A stretch of DNA of 64,000 bases. Source: Octopus vulgaris. Its lineage: Eukaryota. Below are positions 1 through 13,143 of the stretch, in pieces. The DNA is taken from the NCBI GenBank assembly GCA_951406725.2, contig OX597824.1, positions 79,856,001 to 79,920,000 of the forward strand, written 5' to 3'. A program made the translations under genes and the position numbers. Under the pieces are notes generated by a model. It searched no databases and was not told the DNA's origin. It saw nothing but the letters and a program-made list of their open reading frames with translations. The stretch's first letter is position 1; every line of letters starts with the position of its first letter.

Positions 1-203
1 TGTATGTATGTATGTATGTTTGTATGTATGTACATGACTCGTCGACGAAGTGTTTGATGAGATTTTAACACGCTGAAATGATATGATTCAGTTGTCAATG
101 TCGAATATTTATTTATACAGATGTCAGTTGTAATGAATTTCTCTGTTTAGCTTAATTTACACGACCAGACAAGGGGCGACTGCAGTATATCTATGTGACT
201 GAG

Positions 204-856
204 CGGGTTTGAGAGAGATCGAGATTGAGAGAGAGAGAGAGAGAGAGAGATGAGAGAGGGAGATGGAGAGAGAGAAGAGGGAGAGGGAGTGAGTGTCAGG
301 GTGGGATAGAAAGTGAAGAAAGTGGGCGAAGGAGAGAGCGACAGGGAAGAAAGATAGGAGAGTGAGAGAGAGGGACAGAAGAGAGAGAGAGAGAGGGGGA
401 AGAGAGAGAGAGAGAGAGGGGAAGAGAGAGAGAGAGAGAGAGGGACAGGAGACAGGGGGCGGATTGAGAGAGGGACAGGAGAGAAGGGGAAGGATTGAGG
501 GAGAGACAAGGAAGAAAGACAGGAGAGATACAGGTGAGAGAGACACAGGAGGGAGAGGGTTAGAAGGATAGGTGAGGGAGAGGAAGGAGTGAGAGAGGGA
601 GAGGAAAGAGAGATAGGGGAGAGACAGGTGAGAGAAAGAGGAGGAAAGAGAGAGAGACAGAATAGAGAGAGAGAGAGAGAGAGAGACAGGAAGGAGATAG
701 ATAATTAAAGAAGAAAGAGAAAATTTGGGAAGAGTGTGAGGAGGGAAGGTAGGAGAGAGACAAAAAGATGACAGAACAAGGATGAGTAAACCGGGAGGAG
801 AGAAAATGAGAGGAGAGAGAGAATGAGAGAAAGAGAGAGAGAGAGAAAGAGAAGTA
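204..856. repeat. GA-rich polypurine low-complexity tract
   Basis: (GA)n and GGGA/GACA variants; the overlapping S/L-rich ORFs are artefacts. Confidence 0.9.
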
Positions 857-1406
857 GAGCAATAAGAATATAATTGCTTGCTCAACATTGTATTTCATAT
901 TCAATTAATTTTAATTAACTAATATCCAGAGTTGTCTCCCCACTGACATTAAAGAAAAAACAAAAATCAACAGAATTAGTTATTTACATCATGGTAGTTC
1001 ATATCAGTCGAGGTGTCATTTTCGTTAATTAAAGCTTTCTTGTCTCATAATATTAATTAATGTTAGTGCCCGCTTTAATTAGAATACCATTTAACCTCTG
1101 GTCCTTGACTACTAAGGGAGTCGCAGGCGCGCCGTGATAGCATAGATAAAGCGTGTCTTGGGCATTTTAAACCTAACAGAATCGATACTCTCCCTTTCTG
1201 TTTAAAACCGTTTTCTATGGAGAAAAACCGCACGCGAAAGGGAGATAAAGGGACCCCGTGAAAAAAATACGCAGAATTGATTTAGCAGGATTTAAACTCA
1301 GATTTAGGGGGCAAGAGCGAATATTTCAAAGTATTTCAACAGACTCCTTAATATTTCTGCTATTGTACCGCCCTTACAGTTTTTTTAATGATATATCTTT
1401 TATCTT

Positions 1407-1800
1407 TTAATTGCTTCAGTCAATGGATTGCGGCCATGCTGGAGCACTGCTTTGAGAGATTTTAGTCGAACAAATCAACTCGCGTACATTTTTGTTTTAA
1501 AGCCTATCATTCCCTACTGCCTAACAGCTATGCTACGAAGACATAAACAAACCAGCAACGGTTATCAAATGGTGGGTGAGGCACAAACAGACACAAAGTC
1601 ACTTACACGCACATACACACCCACACACACACATGCGCGCGCACACACACGTTTATATACGACAGGCTTCCACACAGTTTCTGTCTTCTATATTCGCTCA
1701 CAAAATATTGGTCAGCTCGGTGTTACAGTAAAAGATACCCAAGATGTTGAGCAGTGAGATTGAAACCGAAGAGTGAGCCTTTAACCACACATCCATACCT
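1407..1800 (-). mobile_element. tRNA-derived SINE family A, diverged copy
   Basis: Shares TTCAGTCA..TGCGGCCATGCTGGAGCAC and an internal CA tract with the copies at 33691 and 46585. Confidence 0.7.
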
Positions 1801-1875
1801 AAGTCTATAATGTATACATGTGTATGTATATGCTGTACTCTTTCAATACAACTTTCTCTTACTCTTTCTTCTGTT

Positions 1876-1991
1876 GGCCTGCTCGCTTAGCCAGCGAGGT
1901 GGTGTCATTTGAAGGCTAAAACAATGCGAAGCGCATTGTGACCAGCGATGTGTAGCAACATCTGATAGCCTGGTCGGTCATGGTGATCACG

Positions 1992-1995
<4 letters not shown>
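1876..1995. repeat. ~120-bp interspersed repeat abutting (TA)n, copy 1
   Basis: Near-identical to 14719-14835 (GGCCTGCTCGCTTAGCCAGCG...CATTGTGACCAGCGATGTGTAGCAA). Confidence 0.8.
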
Positions 1996-2040
<45 letters not shown>

Positions 2041-2292
2041 GTACATACACACACATACATGTATATATCGTTACTTTTATGCAAAAGTGTCGTAACTCCG
2101 AAACGCTACTTTTTCAGAAAACGAAAAAAATAGGTTCACCATTCCATAGCAAAACCGTTGTACTATACTTTGACATTTTTTGATAACTTGGCAAATGAAG
2201 CATCTGGAGATACGATAGTTTAACCAAAAGAACCGTCTATTGCAAGCAAAAATAAACATTTGGACATACGACAGTTTTATATAATAACAACG

Positions 2293-2384
<92 letters not shown>

Positions 2385-3115
2385 GTCTGTCTATCTATTC
2401 GTATGTATACGTATATGTAAAATATGACTTTTAGTGTCTTTTTATTTGTTTGGTCCCTAGAAAAGGGCCATATCCATATCCTTTTCAGTCCCCCCATAAG
2501 TAGGGGGCTCGATGCCGTCAACATATCTCTTCAACGGTGACAAATCGACAGCTTCAGGAAATAACACGCTACCGAGGGATGATTGTTCTATGATAGAACA
2601 TTGACGTTGTTAGAATGTGTACCGCCAGAGGCAGCACCTGAGGTGCATACATACATACATACATACATACATGCATGTATACATATATACATACATGTGT
2701 ATATGTATACATACATATATACGTACATGCATACATACGCACATTCATACATGCATGCCTACATACGCACATTCATATGAATACATAGTACATACATTTA
2801 TAAATACATACATACATGCATACATACAGGAATGCAGGAATGCATACATACATATGTACATACATACATACGTAGATACATGCATACATACGCACGTTCA
2901 TACATACATATATGAATACATACATACATGCAAGCATACATACATAGACACATGCATACATGCATACATTCACACGTACATGCATACGTACATACATATA
3001 AAAAGACATACATACGCACATACATACACATACATACATAAATACATACATACATACATACATACATACATACATACATACATACATACATACATACATA
3101 CATACATGCATACAG
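2293..3115. repeat. (ATCT)n and (CATA)n microsatellite tracts flanking a short unique island
   Basis: Direct inspection. Confidence 0.85.
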
Positions 3116-3138
3116 AAACAGACATGACTGATGTAGAG

Positions 3139-3612
3139 TTTTTACATACTGGAATTAGCCAACATTATGAAATTTCGGCAGAAGAAAAACTGATGTTTCA
3201 AACACACACCGGAAAAAGTTCCAATGTAGCAAAACTCCGGGACATGTTAAGATTATGGCAAAGCGACCGGATATTGTTATAAAAGACTGTCAGAAAAAGA
3301 AATATCTGCTAGTCGAATATCAGTCCTAAAAGTCGATAATGATTGTCTAAAAGAAATAGAAAGACTCTGCGTTGGGAATGCTTGAAAAAGATGCAATCAA
3401 ATATACGACAAAAATCTCAGAACTTATGAATATGCACGACGTACGACGTACAGAAAATAGCATTATTAGGGATTGGCACTCGTGTTATGTAGAATACTTT
3501 CAGTGAAATGAACAAAAACAAAATCACTTGACGTACCCCCCAAATACAGAACTGCTGACGGGAGGGCAGTGAAGGCATGCCTTTAAAATAGGAGAAAAAT
3601 AAGTGGACTGAA
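3139..3612 (+). mobile_element. Degenerate 3' end of an R4/Dong-like RLE non-LTR retrotransposon
   Basis: Translates to KIMAKRPDIVIKDCQKKKYLLVE and VQKIALLG...RILSVK*; followed by (TAG)(CAA)(TAA) runs. Confidence 0.7.
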
Positions 3613-3613
3613 A

Positions 3614-3655
<42 letters not shown>

Positions 3656-3671
3656 AAATAATAACAATAGC

Positions 3672-3750
<79 letters not shown>

Positions 3751-3997
3751 GGTGTCATAGCAAATGACAGCAAAAGGGGCTGATAGCTACCTAACTCAGA
3801 TACCAGGAAACCCAAAAATGGCAGAAATTCAAAAGATAGTGCTCATGGGAACTGCTCATATCCTACGCAAAATACTTTCTATGTTATCTCAAGGTTTAAA
3901 ACAAACATAATTTTCGGTTTAAAAAAAAAAAATTTTTTTTTAGACATTCATTAGTACAACCTCCCTCCCAATATATGGCACAGCCAACTTGTACAAA
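3751..3997 (+). mobile_element. 3' end of the same Dong/R4 family as 9707-12349
   Basis: Near-identical to ~11990-12325 with deletions; flanked by (TAA)n on both sides. Confidence 0.9.
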
Positions 3998-4043
3998 TAA
4001 TAATAAACATAATAATAATAATAATAATGATGATGATAATAAT

Positions 4044-4540
4044 GTCTGCAAACCCCAGAAGGAGTCACCGAAAATGAGAATTTCAAAATCTTGTGAGATA
4101 CAATGATTCAGTGTGATCACCTGACCAGACATCGGAAACCGGACATTGTTGTGATGAATGAAAAAGAAAGAACATGTATGATAGTCGTCATAACATGCCC
4201 CGCTGACAACGGTATTAAAGAGAAAGAAGAAGAAAAAATAAACAGCTAAGACGATTTGAGGTAGGAAATACGAAGGTTGTAGTAAATGAGGAGAGTAGAC
4301 GTGATACCAGTCTACTGGTGCACTTGGAAGTATCAGCACTCAAGTACTAACATGGCTGGAAAAGATTGGTGCAAGTGTGAAGGTAGACCATCTACAAAAA
4401 CGAGCATTGCTTGGAACTGCAAGAATTCTTCGCAGGGTTCTTAAAGCATGACCAATAATCAAGTGTCACCTTAGCCTACTGGCTGTGGAAAGCTGGCACT
4501 TTCCATCATACCCTGTAGAATAAGCTGTGAGTTTTCATAT
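4044..4540 (+). mobile_element. 3' end of a second R4/Dong-like family (RLE domain + 3' UTR)
   Basis: HRKPDIVVMNEKERTCMIV, GALGSISTQVLTWLEKIG, LQKRALLGTARILRRVLKA* (stop 4449-4451); lies between TAA runs. Confidence 0.85.
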
Positions 4541-4547
4541 GATGATG

Positions 4548-4632
<85 letters not shown>

Positions 4633-4644
4633 TAATAATAATAA

Positions 4645-4686
<42 letters not shown>

Positions 4687-4718
4687 TGATGATGATGATG
4701 ATGATAATGATGATGATG

Positions 4719-4782
<64 letters not shown>

Positions 4783-4783
4783 T

Positions 4784-4982
4784 TTTAAATTTTGGCACAA
4801 GGCCAGCAATTTCAGGGGAAGGAGTAAGTGGATTACATACCAACTGGTACTTATTTTAATGATCTCCGAAAGAATGAAAGGCAAAGTCGAGCTCGGTGGA
4901 ATTTGAACTCAGAACGTAAAGGAGTACAAATGCTGCTAGATATTTTGTCCGGCGTGCTAATGATTCTGCCAGCTCGCCGCCC
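4784..4982 (-). mobile_element. SINE family B
   Basis: GGCGGCGAGCTGGCAGAATC head, GTTCAAATTCC B-box, GCCTTTCAT..TAAGTACCAGTT core. Confidence 0.8.
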
Positions 4983-5018
4983 TAAAAAAATATTAATGAT
5001 GCTGATGATGCTGATGAG

Positions 5019-5395
5019 GTTTTTTTTACTAACCAAAAGGTTTGACAAAAGATTGTGGACAATACAAGATGGCACAGTGTGAGATGTCATAAAAAACATG
5101 TAAACAAAAGAAATAATAAGTAGATACAAAACCGAAAAATATCCCTAAAAGGAAGTACTCTGAAAGTTATTCGCGGAAACCACAAAAACCGCAAGCCATC
5201 CTGAGCACTAAAGCAAGCGTCCTTTCCTCAATTGCCCTCCTCCGATCTACAGAACATACTCACAACAGGCTCGTTCACTCAGAATATGCTTGCTTCTCTC
5301 ATCCATCTTTCAATAGATTTTCTGGGCTGGGAGACTTCAAACTTGAAAATCTATGTATTGTGATCACTCTGGCATACATATTTGTCACCAGAGTT
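5019..5395 (-). mobile_element. Degenerate 3' end of a Tx1/L1-like LINE
   Basis: Minus strand reads ...IERWMREASIF*VNEPVVSMFC, then a pyrimidine-rich UTR and A-rich end next to (ATC)-like repeats; clade assigned from recalled similarity. Confidence 0.45.
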
Positions 5396-5643
5396 AAAAA
5401 TAGAAAAAGGAAAAATTAGAGTAGCATACCAACATGAAGTAAGAAATCCTCAAACGCTGGAACAAAAAGGGAAGTTAACAAGATGATTATACAGCCACGT
5501 AATATTCTGGAATTGGAAGCAGTCATGGAAAATTTGACATTATTCTAGGAGTTTGGACAGTGAGAAAGATGTTTACTGGGTGCAAGTAGATAAAGTAAGA
5601 ATATACATGAAGATCAGAAAGAAAAGCAAATAAATACCCTCTC

Positions 5644-7125
5644 CCAGCTGTGGTATCTGGGCTACAGTTAACCTATGTTATCATCCAGTCGTAGTGCCTG
5701 CTCTATAGCCATTTGACGCCCTCTTTAAGCTGTGGTATCTGCCCTACACTCACCTGGTGTCCTCTCTAAGCTATGATATCTGTCATACACTCACCTGATG
5801 TCCTCTCTAAGCTGTGGTATCTGTCCTACACTCACTTTGTGTTCTCTCTAATCTGTGGTATCTGTCCTACACTCACTTTGTGTTCTCTCTAAGCTGTGGT
5901 ATCTGTCCTACACTCACCTGGTGTCCTCTCTACGCTGTGGTATCTGCCCTACACTCAGCGCTGGATTAATAATCAGGCAAAATAAGCACTTGTTTAGAGC
6001 ATGAAGGGAAGCGAACTACCACAGAAATGGTAAATCGTTTACAACACAAAAGAAATCACTTTGAACTTGCTAAAATAACATTCTGGATCCCTTATCTCTC
6101 TACTAAGTATAGAAACAGATGTGTTACATAAGATTAATTTTGAAGATCTGGAAAATGACTTTGAAATAAAAAAAAAAACAGTAGGAAAATTTTTTCCAAA
6201 TATAAATAAAGTGGAAGTATACAAAATTAAACATTATTTTCCATCTTCCGGTTAGTTTTGTTTCATGTTGAAAAAATAAAAAATTCATTTTATGGTTTAT
6301 TAAAATGGTTTATAGTTTGAATTACATATATAGGGGTCACCAAAATCTTTTATGTGCTTAGGGCTTTTATGGATCTTAATCCGGCTCTGCTTACACTTAC
6401 CTAATGCTCTCTTTTAGCTGTGGTATCTAGCTTACAGTCATTTAAAGCCCTTTTTCTAGTGGTGACATCTAGTTTACTATTACCTAATGCTGACTCCTAG
6501 CTCTGGTATCTGGCCTGTGGTCAACTAATACCCTCTAATAGCTGTGATATCTGACCTACAATCACTTCATGCTGTTCTCTAGCTGTGGTATCTAGCTTAC
6601 AGTCATCTAAAGCCCTTTCCCAGTGATGACATCTAGTCTACTATTACCCAATACTGTCTCCTAGCTCCGGTATCTGGCCTGTGGTCAACTTATGCCCTCT
6701 CTTAGCTGTGTCTCTTAGCTGTATCTGACCTACAGTCACTTCATGCTGTTCTCTAGCTGTGGTATCTAGCTTACAGTCAGTCATTTAAAGCCCTTTTCTA
6801 GTGGTGACATCTAGTTTACTATCACCTAATGCTGACTCCTAGCTCCGGTATCTGGCCTGTGGTCAACTAATACCCTCTAATAGCTGTGATATCTGGCCTA
6901 CAGTCACTTCATGCTGTTCTCTAGCTGTGGTATCTGGCTTACAGTCATCTAAAGCCCTTTCCCAGTGATGACATCTAGTCTACTATCACCCAATGCTGTC
7001 TCCTAGCTCCGGTATCTGGCCTGTGGTCAACTTATGCCCTCTCTTAGCTGTGTCTCTTAGCTGTATCTGGCCTACACTCACTTCATGCTGTTCCCTAGAT
7101 GTGGTTATCTGGCCTACAGTCATCT
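5644..7125. repeat. 41-bp minisatellite (CTCTAAGCTGTGGTATCTGTCCTACACTCACCTGGTGTC-like) with higher-order structure in the right part
   Basis: Monomers start at 5761, 5802, 5843; 4-monomer blocks start at 6417, 6582, 6756, 6924, 7098. Confidence 0.9.
5956..6389 (+). mobile_element. Internally deleted non-autonomous hAT transposon
   Basis: TIRs CAGCGCTGGATTAA / TTAATCCGGCTCTG; 8-bp TSD CCTACACT (5948-5955) / CTTACACT (6390-6397); internal remnant LSIETDVLHKINFEDLENDFEIKKK resembles the hAT C-terminal dimerisation domain. Confidence 0.85.
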
Positions 7126-8792
7126 GTTTCTCAATATGATATCCGGTTTACAATCAAATAATTCCCTTCCCCAGAAATGGCGAGAATGATATAAGTCGAA
7201 ATCCACTAAATCCTAGGATACAGATTTGGTAAATGGCTTTGTGAGTGATGAATGTGTTAAGCGTTTAGTATTTATCTATGTTGGTTTACTCTGATACACA
7301 GGAGACATAACAATAGGAAAGAGTTGTGTAATCGGATAGGTTTTAGGATGGGGTTGGGGTGCAAAGTTGGTTACATTGTTGGCTAATTCTGGGGGAAAAG
7401 AGACAATCATTAACAAGTATTCTATGCAATTTGAATTTGCTCACCAGATGGTATATTAAAAACCAGTGTGTTTATTAGATTTCAGCCAGGACTTTTTAAG
7501 CTAGATAGATTAATAAATGGTTTAGTTAAATATGTCAAACACGCGTGAAATACCAGGAAAGAATGGCGGATGGGTATTGTTTAATAAACTGAAGCGTTAG
7601 TTAATTACTTTTAATAGCTCCGCCATAGCTACAATGATTAGCTTAAATCGCTTGAAAATGTCGATTCATCTGATTTAGAAGCTATGGAAAGTGATTAATT
7701 AATTGCGTTTAATATTATAGCAGTTGAATAAATCGAATATAATCACACAGGCTTCTCATTTAATCTTATTTAATGGGACAGCAGGTCTGCAAATCGAAGC
7801 AAGCAAGCAATGCAAAAGTTCAGTTTATCACTGGATAAATTGTTAAACGATACGGAACGGCTCAAATTGGGAAGCTAATGGCATAATTCACATGTTTTTA
7901 TTATTTTTCTTTTTGCTTTCCTTTTTGCTTGTTTGTTTTTTTTTTCTCTCTCTTTCTCTTTCTTTCTCTGGGGAGATTGTTATTTCTCTCACTCTCTCTC
8001 GCTTTCCCGTTTTCTCTTTCTTTCGCTCGCTCTGTCCTTTCTATTGTTCCAGGTTTGAATAAACAGAATCACCCTTTTCCTACACAATCTCTAAGGCGAT
8101 TTTTACCCATTGTTTGACAGGAAAAATAACGAAGACCGACAAAAAAGAAAAAAAGAAAGAAAAACAAAAAAACAAACAAATATGCAAAAACCCCCTAATA
8201 AGAACCCAACAACCCAACTAAACTAAACAAAAGGAAGCTTTAGAGAGGGAGGAGGTTAGGGAAAACTTAGTTATTAACAAACAACTGACAAGGGGTTACA
8301 CAGGAAAAAGAGACTGCCTGAACCCCACAAACCTCGAAACCTGCAAAAACAACAACAACGACGACAACAACAACAACAACAACGACAACAACACCTCCAA
8401 CAGCAATTTATACGTCGTTCTAAATTGTTGATATATATATATTTTTTTGTTTTTTGTCTAATTATTTATTTCTTTATTTCTTTTTCGATGTTACTAGGCA
8501 ATATGGCGTGACCTTTAAACACCAGAAGCAAGAACGGAGCTTAAATTCTAGTATTTCGTGCGAGGAAATCTTCGTCTTAATGAGATTAAAATTATCGTTG
8601 ATGTGTTTAAGTGTAAAGAATGCGATTTATTGATTCCATTTGTTCTTTGTCACTCTTTAATTTTTCATATCAAATCAGCTTCATCGTCTTTCTTTTTCAT
8701 TTATTATTAGTACAATAACAATATCAATAATAATAATATTAATGATGATGATGACAATGATGATGATGGTGATGATAATAATAATAATAATA

Positions 8793-8833
<41 letters not shown>

Positions 8834-8852
8834 GATGATGATGATGATGATG

Positions 8853-8897
<45 letters not shown>

Positions 8898-8910
8898 GTA
8901 ATAATGATCT

Positions 8911-9127
8911 TTTCTACTCCTAGGCACAAGGCCCGAAATTTTGGGGGAGGGGGGCCCAGTCGATTAGATCGACCCCCCAGTACGCAACTGGTACTTAATT
9001 CAATCGACTCCCGAAAGGATGAAAGGCAAAGTCGACCTCGGCGGAATTTGAACTCAGAACGTAACGGCAGACGAAATACGGCTACGCATTTCGCCCGTCG
9101 TGCTAACGATTCTGCCAGCTCGCCGCG
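8911..9127 (-). mobile_element. SINE family B in a (TAA)n tract
   Basis: Full head-core-tail matching 63151-63364. Confidence 0.9.
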
Positions 9128-9151
9128 TTATTAATAATAATAATAATAATA

Positions 9152-9190
<39 letters not shown>

Positions 9191-9250
9191 GTGATGATGA
9201 TGATAATAATAATAATAATAATAATATTAATAATAATATTAATAATAATA

Positions 9251-9360
<110 letters not shown>

Positions 9361-9361
9361 C

Positions 9362-9596
9362 GTTTCTACTCCTAGGCACAAGGCCCGAAATTTTGGGGGA
9401 AGGGGCCAGTCAATTAGATCGACCCCAGTACGCAACTGGTACTTAATTCAATCGACTTCCGAAAGGATGAAAGGCAAAGTCGACCTCGGCGGAATTTGAA
9501 CTCAGAACGTAACGGCAGACGAAATACCTATTTCTTTACTAATATACGGCTAAGCATTTCGCCCGGCGTGCTAACGATTTTGCCAGCTCGCTGCGT
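9362..9596 (-). mobile_element. SINE family B carrying an extra junction remnant
   Basis: Near-identical to 8911-9127 plus an inserted TACCTATTTCTTTACTAA segment at ~9526-9543. Confidence 0.9.
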
Positions 9597-9602
9597 TAAT
9601 AA

Positions 9603-9676
<74 letters not shown>

Positions 9677-9706
9677 TAATAATAATGATGATAATAATAA
9701 TAATAA

Positions 9707-12130
9707 AAAGAAGAAGTGCAGAGATTTTGGAATAAAATCTGAGAAGAAAAAACACACAACGAAAAGGCCCCTGAATGACAGAATATCTACAGAACTGACC
9801 CCTAAAGAGCAAAAGTGAGGGTGTCAATAAGATATAAGATCTGCTCTCAGGAGGTCAAGCAAATGGAAGTCTCCAGGAAAGGATAAAATTCCTAACTTCT
9901 GGCTGAATGCCTTCCCAGAGAGCCATGAACTGCTTACAGAACTGTACAATGATGTTTTGCAACACCCTAGTAGGATGCCTCCTTGGCTAGTTAATGGGTT
10001 AACATTCCTGCTTCCAAAAAGTGAAGAAACAAATGAACCAAAAAACTATAGACCCATAACCTGCTTAACAACTATGTACAAAACACTAACATCTGTCCTG
10101 ACGGAATATACCTATAGTTTTTTAACAGACAGCAGCATATTCCCTAATGAACAGAAAGGATGTAAACGTGGATCCTACGGCTGTAAAGACCAACTACTCA
10201 TCAATAAGATGATCTTAGAAGATTGTCACAAACGACACAAAAACTTATCAATAGCCTGGATAGACTATAAAAAGGCTTTTGATAGCCTACCACATAGCTG
10301 GATTAGGAAATGCCTTGAAATGTATAAGATAGCACCAACTCTGTGAAACTTCTTGACTGTAAGTATGAGATCATGGAGAACCACACTAACTCTGAACAGT
10401 GACAGTGAATCCCTAAATGCTGGTGATGTAAAAATTTCGAGTGGCATTTTCCAGGGTGACTCACTGTCACCACTCCTCTTTTTGTTTATCCTTAATACCT
10501 CTCTCAAAGCTGCTCAATGACGCGCAGTACGGGTATAAAATGTTTGATAAAAATATAAATCATCTCGTTTACATGGATGATTTAAAGCTTTTTGCAAAAA
10601 ATGATCAACAACTCAAGGGCTTACTAGCGATAGTCAAACAATTCAGTGACGACATCAGAATGCAATTCGGCCTCGATAAATGTGCAAAGGCTACCTTTAT
10701 CAAAGGAAAAAATGACAGAAACATCTAACGTTAACCTTGACCAACAGAATGTCATAAAAGAACTAGACCCAGCGGAGAGCTACAAGTACCTAGGGGTAAT
10801 TGAAGGGAACGGAATAAGGCATTCAGAGATGAAGGAAAGGATCAGGAGAGAATGCTATCGAAGAGTGAGAGCAATACTCAAGACAGAGCTGAATGCAAGA
10901 AACAGGATCGAAGCAATCAATGCATTAGCTATACCAGTCGTGACTTACAGTTTCAATATTGTTAACTGGTCAATTACTGAAATATGTCAGCTCGACAGAA
11001 AAATAAGGAAACTGTTGACAATGCATAGAATGCACCACCCTAAGGCAGATACAGAACGACTCTATCTGCCAAGAAAAGAGGGAGGCCGTGGTCTTTTGCA
11101 ACTGGCAATAACAATGAAGATTGCTACAATTGGCCTAGACACCTACCTGAAAAACTCTGAGGATTGGATGCTAAAACTTGTCTCAAAACATGAAAACAAG
11201 AAAGCATCATACTCAGTCACAAAACAGGCAAAGGAATATCTAAGTGAATTCCGAATACAACCAATTTCGGAATTAGAGATAGATATACAAGAAACAAGCA
11301 CAGAAAAAGCTAGGCGCATGAAAACCCGTGCCAAAACTGCGGCCTTAGATATTCTGAATAATAAATGGCAAGAAAAACCTCTCTATGGCAAATACCCAAA
11401 GAGAGCGAATAATGCAGATATCGACAAAGCCCTGACCCATCAATGTCTAATGGCCTCTGGCTTAAAATCTGAAACAGAGGGGTTTATCATAGCAGCTCAA
11501 GATCAATGCCTACCAACAAGAAACTACCAGGCCAACATATTAAAGATCAGAAGCAGTCCAACGTGTCGTGTATGCAAGCAACAAAATGAAACCATTGACC
11601 ATGTGGTCTCCAAGTGCAGTCTTCTAGCGCCTACAGAGTATCTCAACAGGCACGATAGAGCTGCACAATATATTCACTGGGTAATCTGTAAAAACCTGGA
11701 TTTGCCCCATGAAAAAAACTGGTGGGAACACAAACCACCTCCTGTGCTTGAAAATGACCACATCTCACTTCTCTGGAACTTCACCATTCAAACTGACAGG
11801 AAGATAGATGCAAATAGGCCAGACATCATATTGAAAGACTTCAAACAAAGAACATGCCTCCTCATTGATATGACTGTCCCAATCGATATAAACGTATCTG
11901 TCAAGACCTACCAAAAACTGAGCAAATATAAAGATCTTGAAATAGAAATCAGCAAAATGTGGAAGCTGAAGACTAAAACAATACCTGTTGTCATAGGTGC
12001 CCTGGGAATGATAGCAAAAGGGGCTGATAGCTACCTAACTCAGATACCAGGAAACCCAAAAATGGCAGAAGTTCAAAAGATAGTGCTCATGGGAACTGCT
12101 CATATCCTACGCAAAATACTCTCTATGTAA
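9707..12130 (+). pseudogene. RT-CCHC-restriction-like endonuclease ORF, disrupted
   Basis: ORF pieces 9957-10346, 10441-10728, 10646-12130; frameshifts near 10340, 10480, 10710; stops in the 5' part; the C-terminal ~470 codons are open. Confidence 0.9.
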
Positions 12131-12349
12131 TCTCAAGGTTTAAAACAAACATAATTTTCGGTTAAAAAAAAAAACAAAAAAACCCCCCTTTTTTTTTTAG
12201 ACATTCATTAGTACAACATCCCCACCCCCCAAATATATGGCACACTAGGCATAACAACAACATGAACTTCCAACCCTGTTGTCTCTTGAGGTCTCTGGGT
12301 GAGACTGGGAGCCAACTTGTACAAATATAAAGCAAAAGTCAAACATAGA
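9707..12349 (+). mobile_element. 5'-truncated R4/Dong-clade non-LTR retrotransposon inserted in (TAA)n
   Basis: RT motifs WKSPGKD, NYRPITCL, WIDYKKAFDS, GIFQGDSLSP, YMDD; zinc knuckle CRVC..ETIDHVVSKC; YLNRHD; RLE RPDIILKD..IDMTVP..KLSKYKDL; TAA runs at both ends. Confidence 0.95.
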
Positions 12350-12394
12350 ATAATAATAATAATAACAACAATAATAATAATAATAATAATAATG

Positions 12395-12428
<34 letters not shown>

Positions 12429-12500
12429 CAACAACAATAACAACAACAACAACAACAACAACAATAATAATAATAATAGCAACAACAACAACAATAATAA

Positions 12501-12546
<46 letters not shown>

Positions 12547-12765
12547 CATTATTATTATTCTATAGGGTTGAATTTTAATGCCCAGTCAGAGAGTGACCAT
12601 TGGTTTCGCACCTACAGGGCACTTAATTGTACAGGTAACCCATCACAATAAATCGATAAATAAATAAATAAATAAATATATATATACATACATACATACA
12701 TACATACATATATTTATATTTATACATAGATGCACACACATATATATATTCTTTCATTAATTTGT

Positions 12766-12948
12766 TTGTTTCAATCATTTGATTGCGGCCATGCTAGAGC
12801 ACAGCATTTAGTCGAGCAAATCAACTCCAGGACTTTTTCCTTGTACGCCTAGTACTTATTCGATCAGTCTCTTGTGCCGAACCGGTAAGTTATGGGGACG
12901 TAAACGCACCAGTATCGGTTGTCAAGCGATGTTGTGGGGACAAACATA

Positions 12949-12996
<48 letters not shown>

Positions 12997-13143
12997 TACG
13001 ACGGGCTTCTTTCAGTTTCCATCTAACAAACCCATTCACAAGGCTTTGGTTGGCCCGAGGGTATAGTAGAAGACACTTGCCCAAGGTGCTACGCATTGGA
13101 ATGGACCTGGAACCATGTGCTTGGTAAGCAAGCTACTTACCAC
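12766..13143 (-). mobile_element. SINE family A
   Basis: Head GTGGTAAGTAGCTTGCTTACC..., CCTTGGGCAAGTGTCTTCTAC block, internal (CA)n. Confidence 0.9.

Noticed and set aside
147-904. S/L-rich ORFs, and the many YI, HT and CV ORFs elsewhere
   Set aside because: Translations of (GA)n, (TA)n, (CA)n and (TATG)n microsatellites
4509-4520. TACCCTGTAGAA, matching the 5' part of miR-10
   Set aside because: The 3' half does not match, no hairpin seen, and it lies in a LINE 3' UTR
5644-7125. CRISPR-like periodicity or coding repeat
   Set aside because: Whole units repeat with no unique spacers, the period of 41 is not a multiple of 3, no cas genes, eukaryotic context
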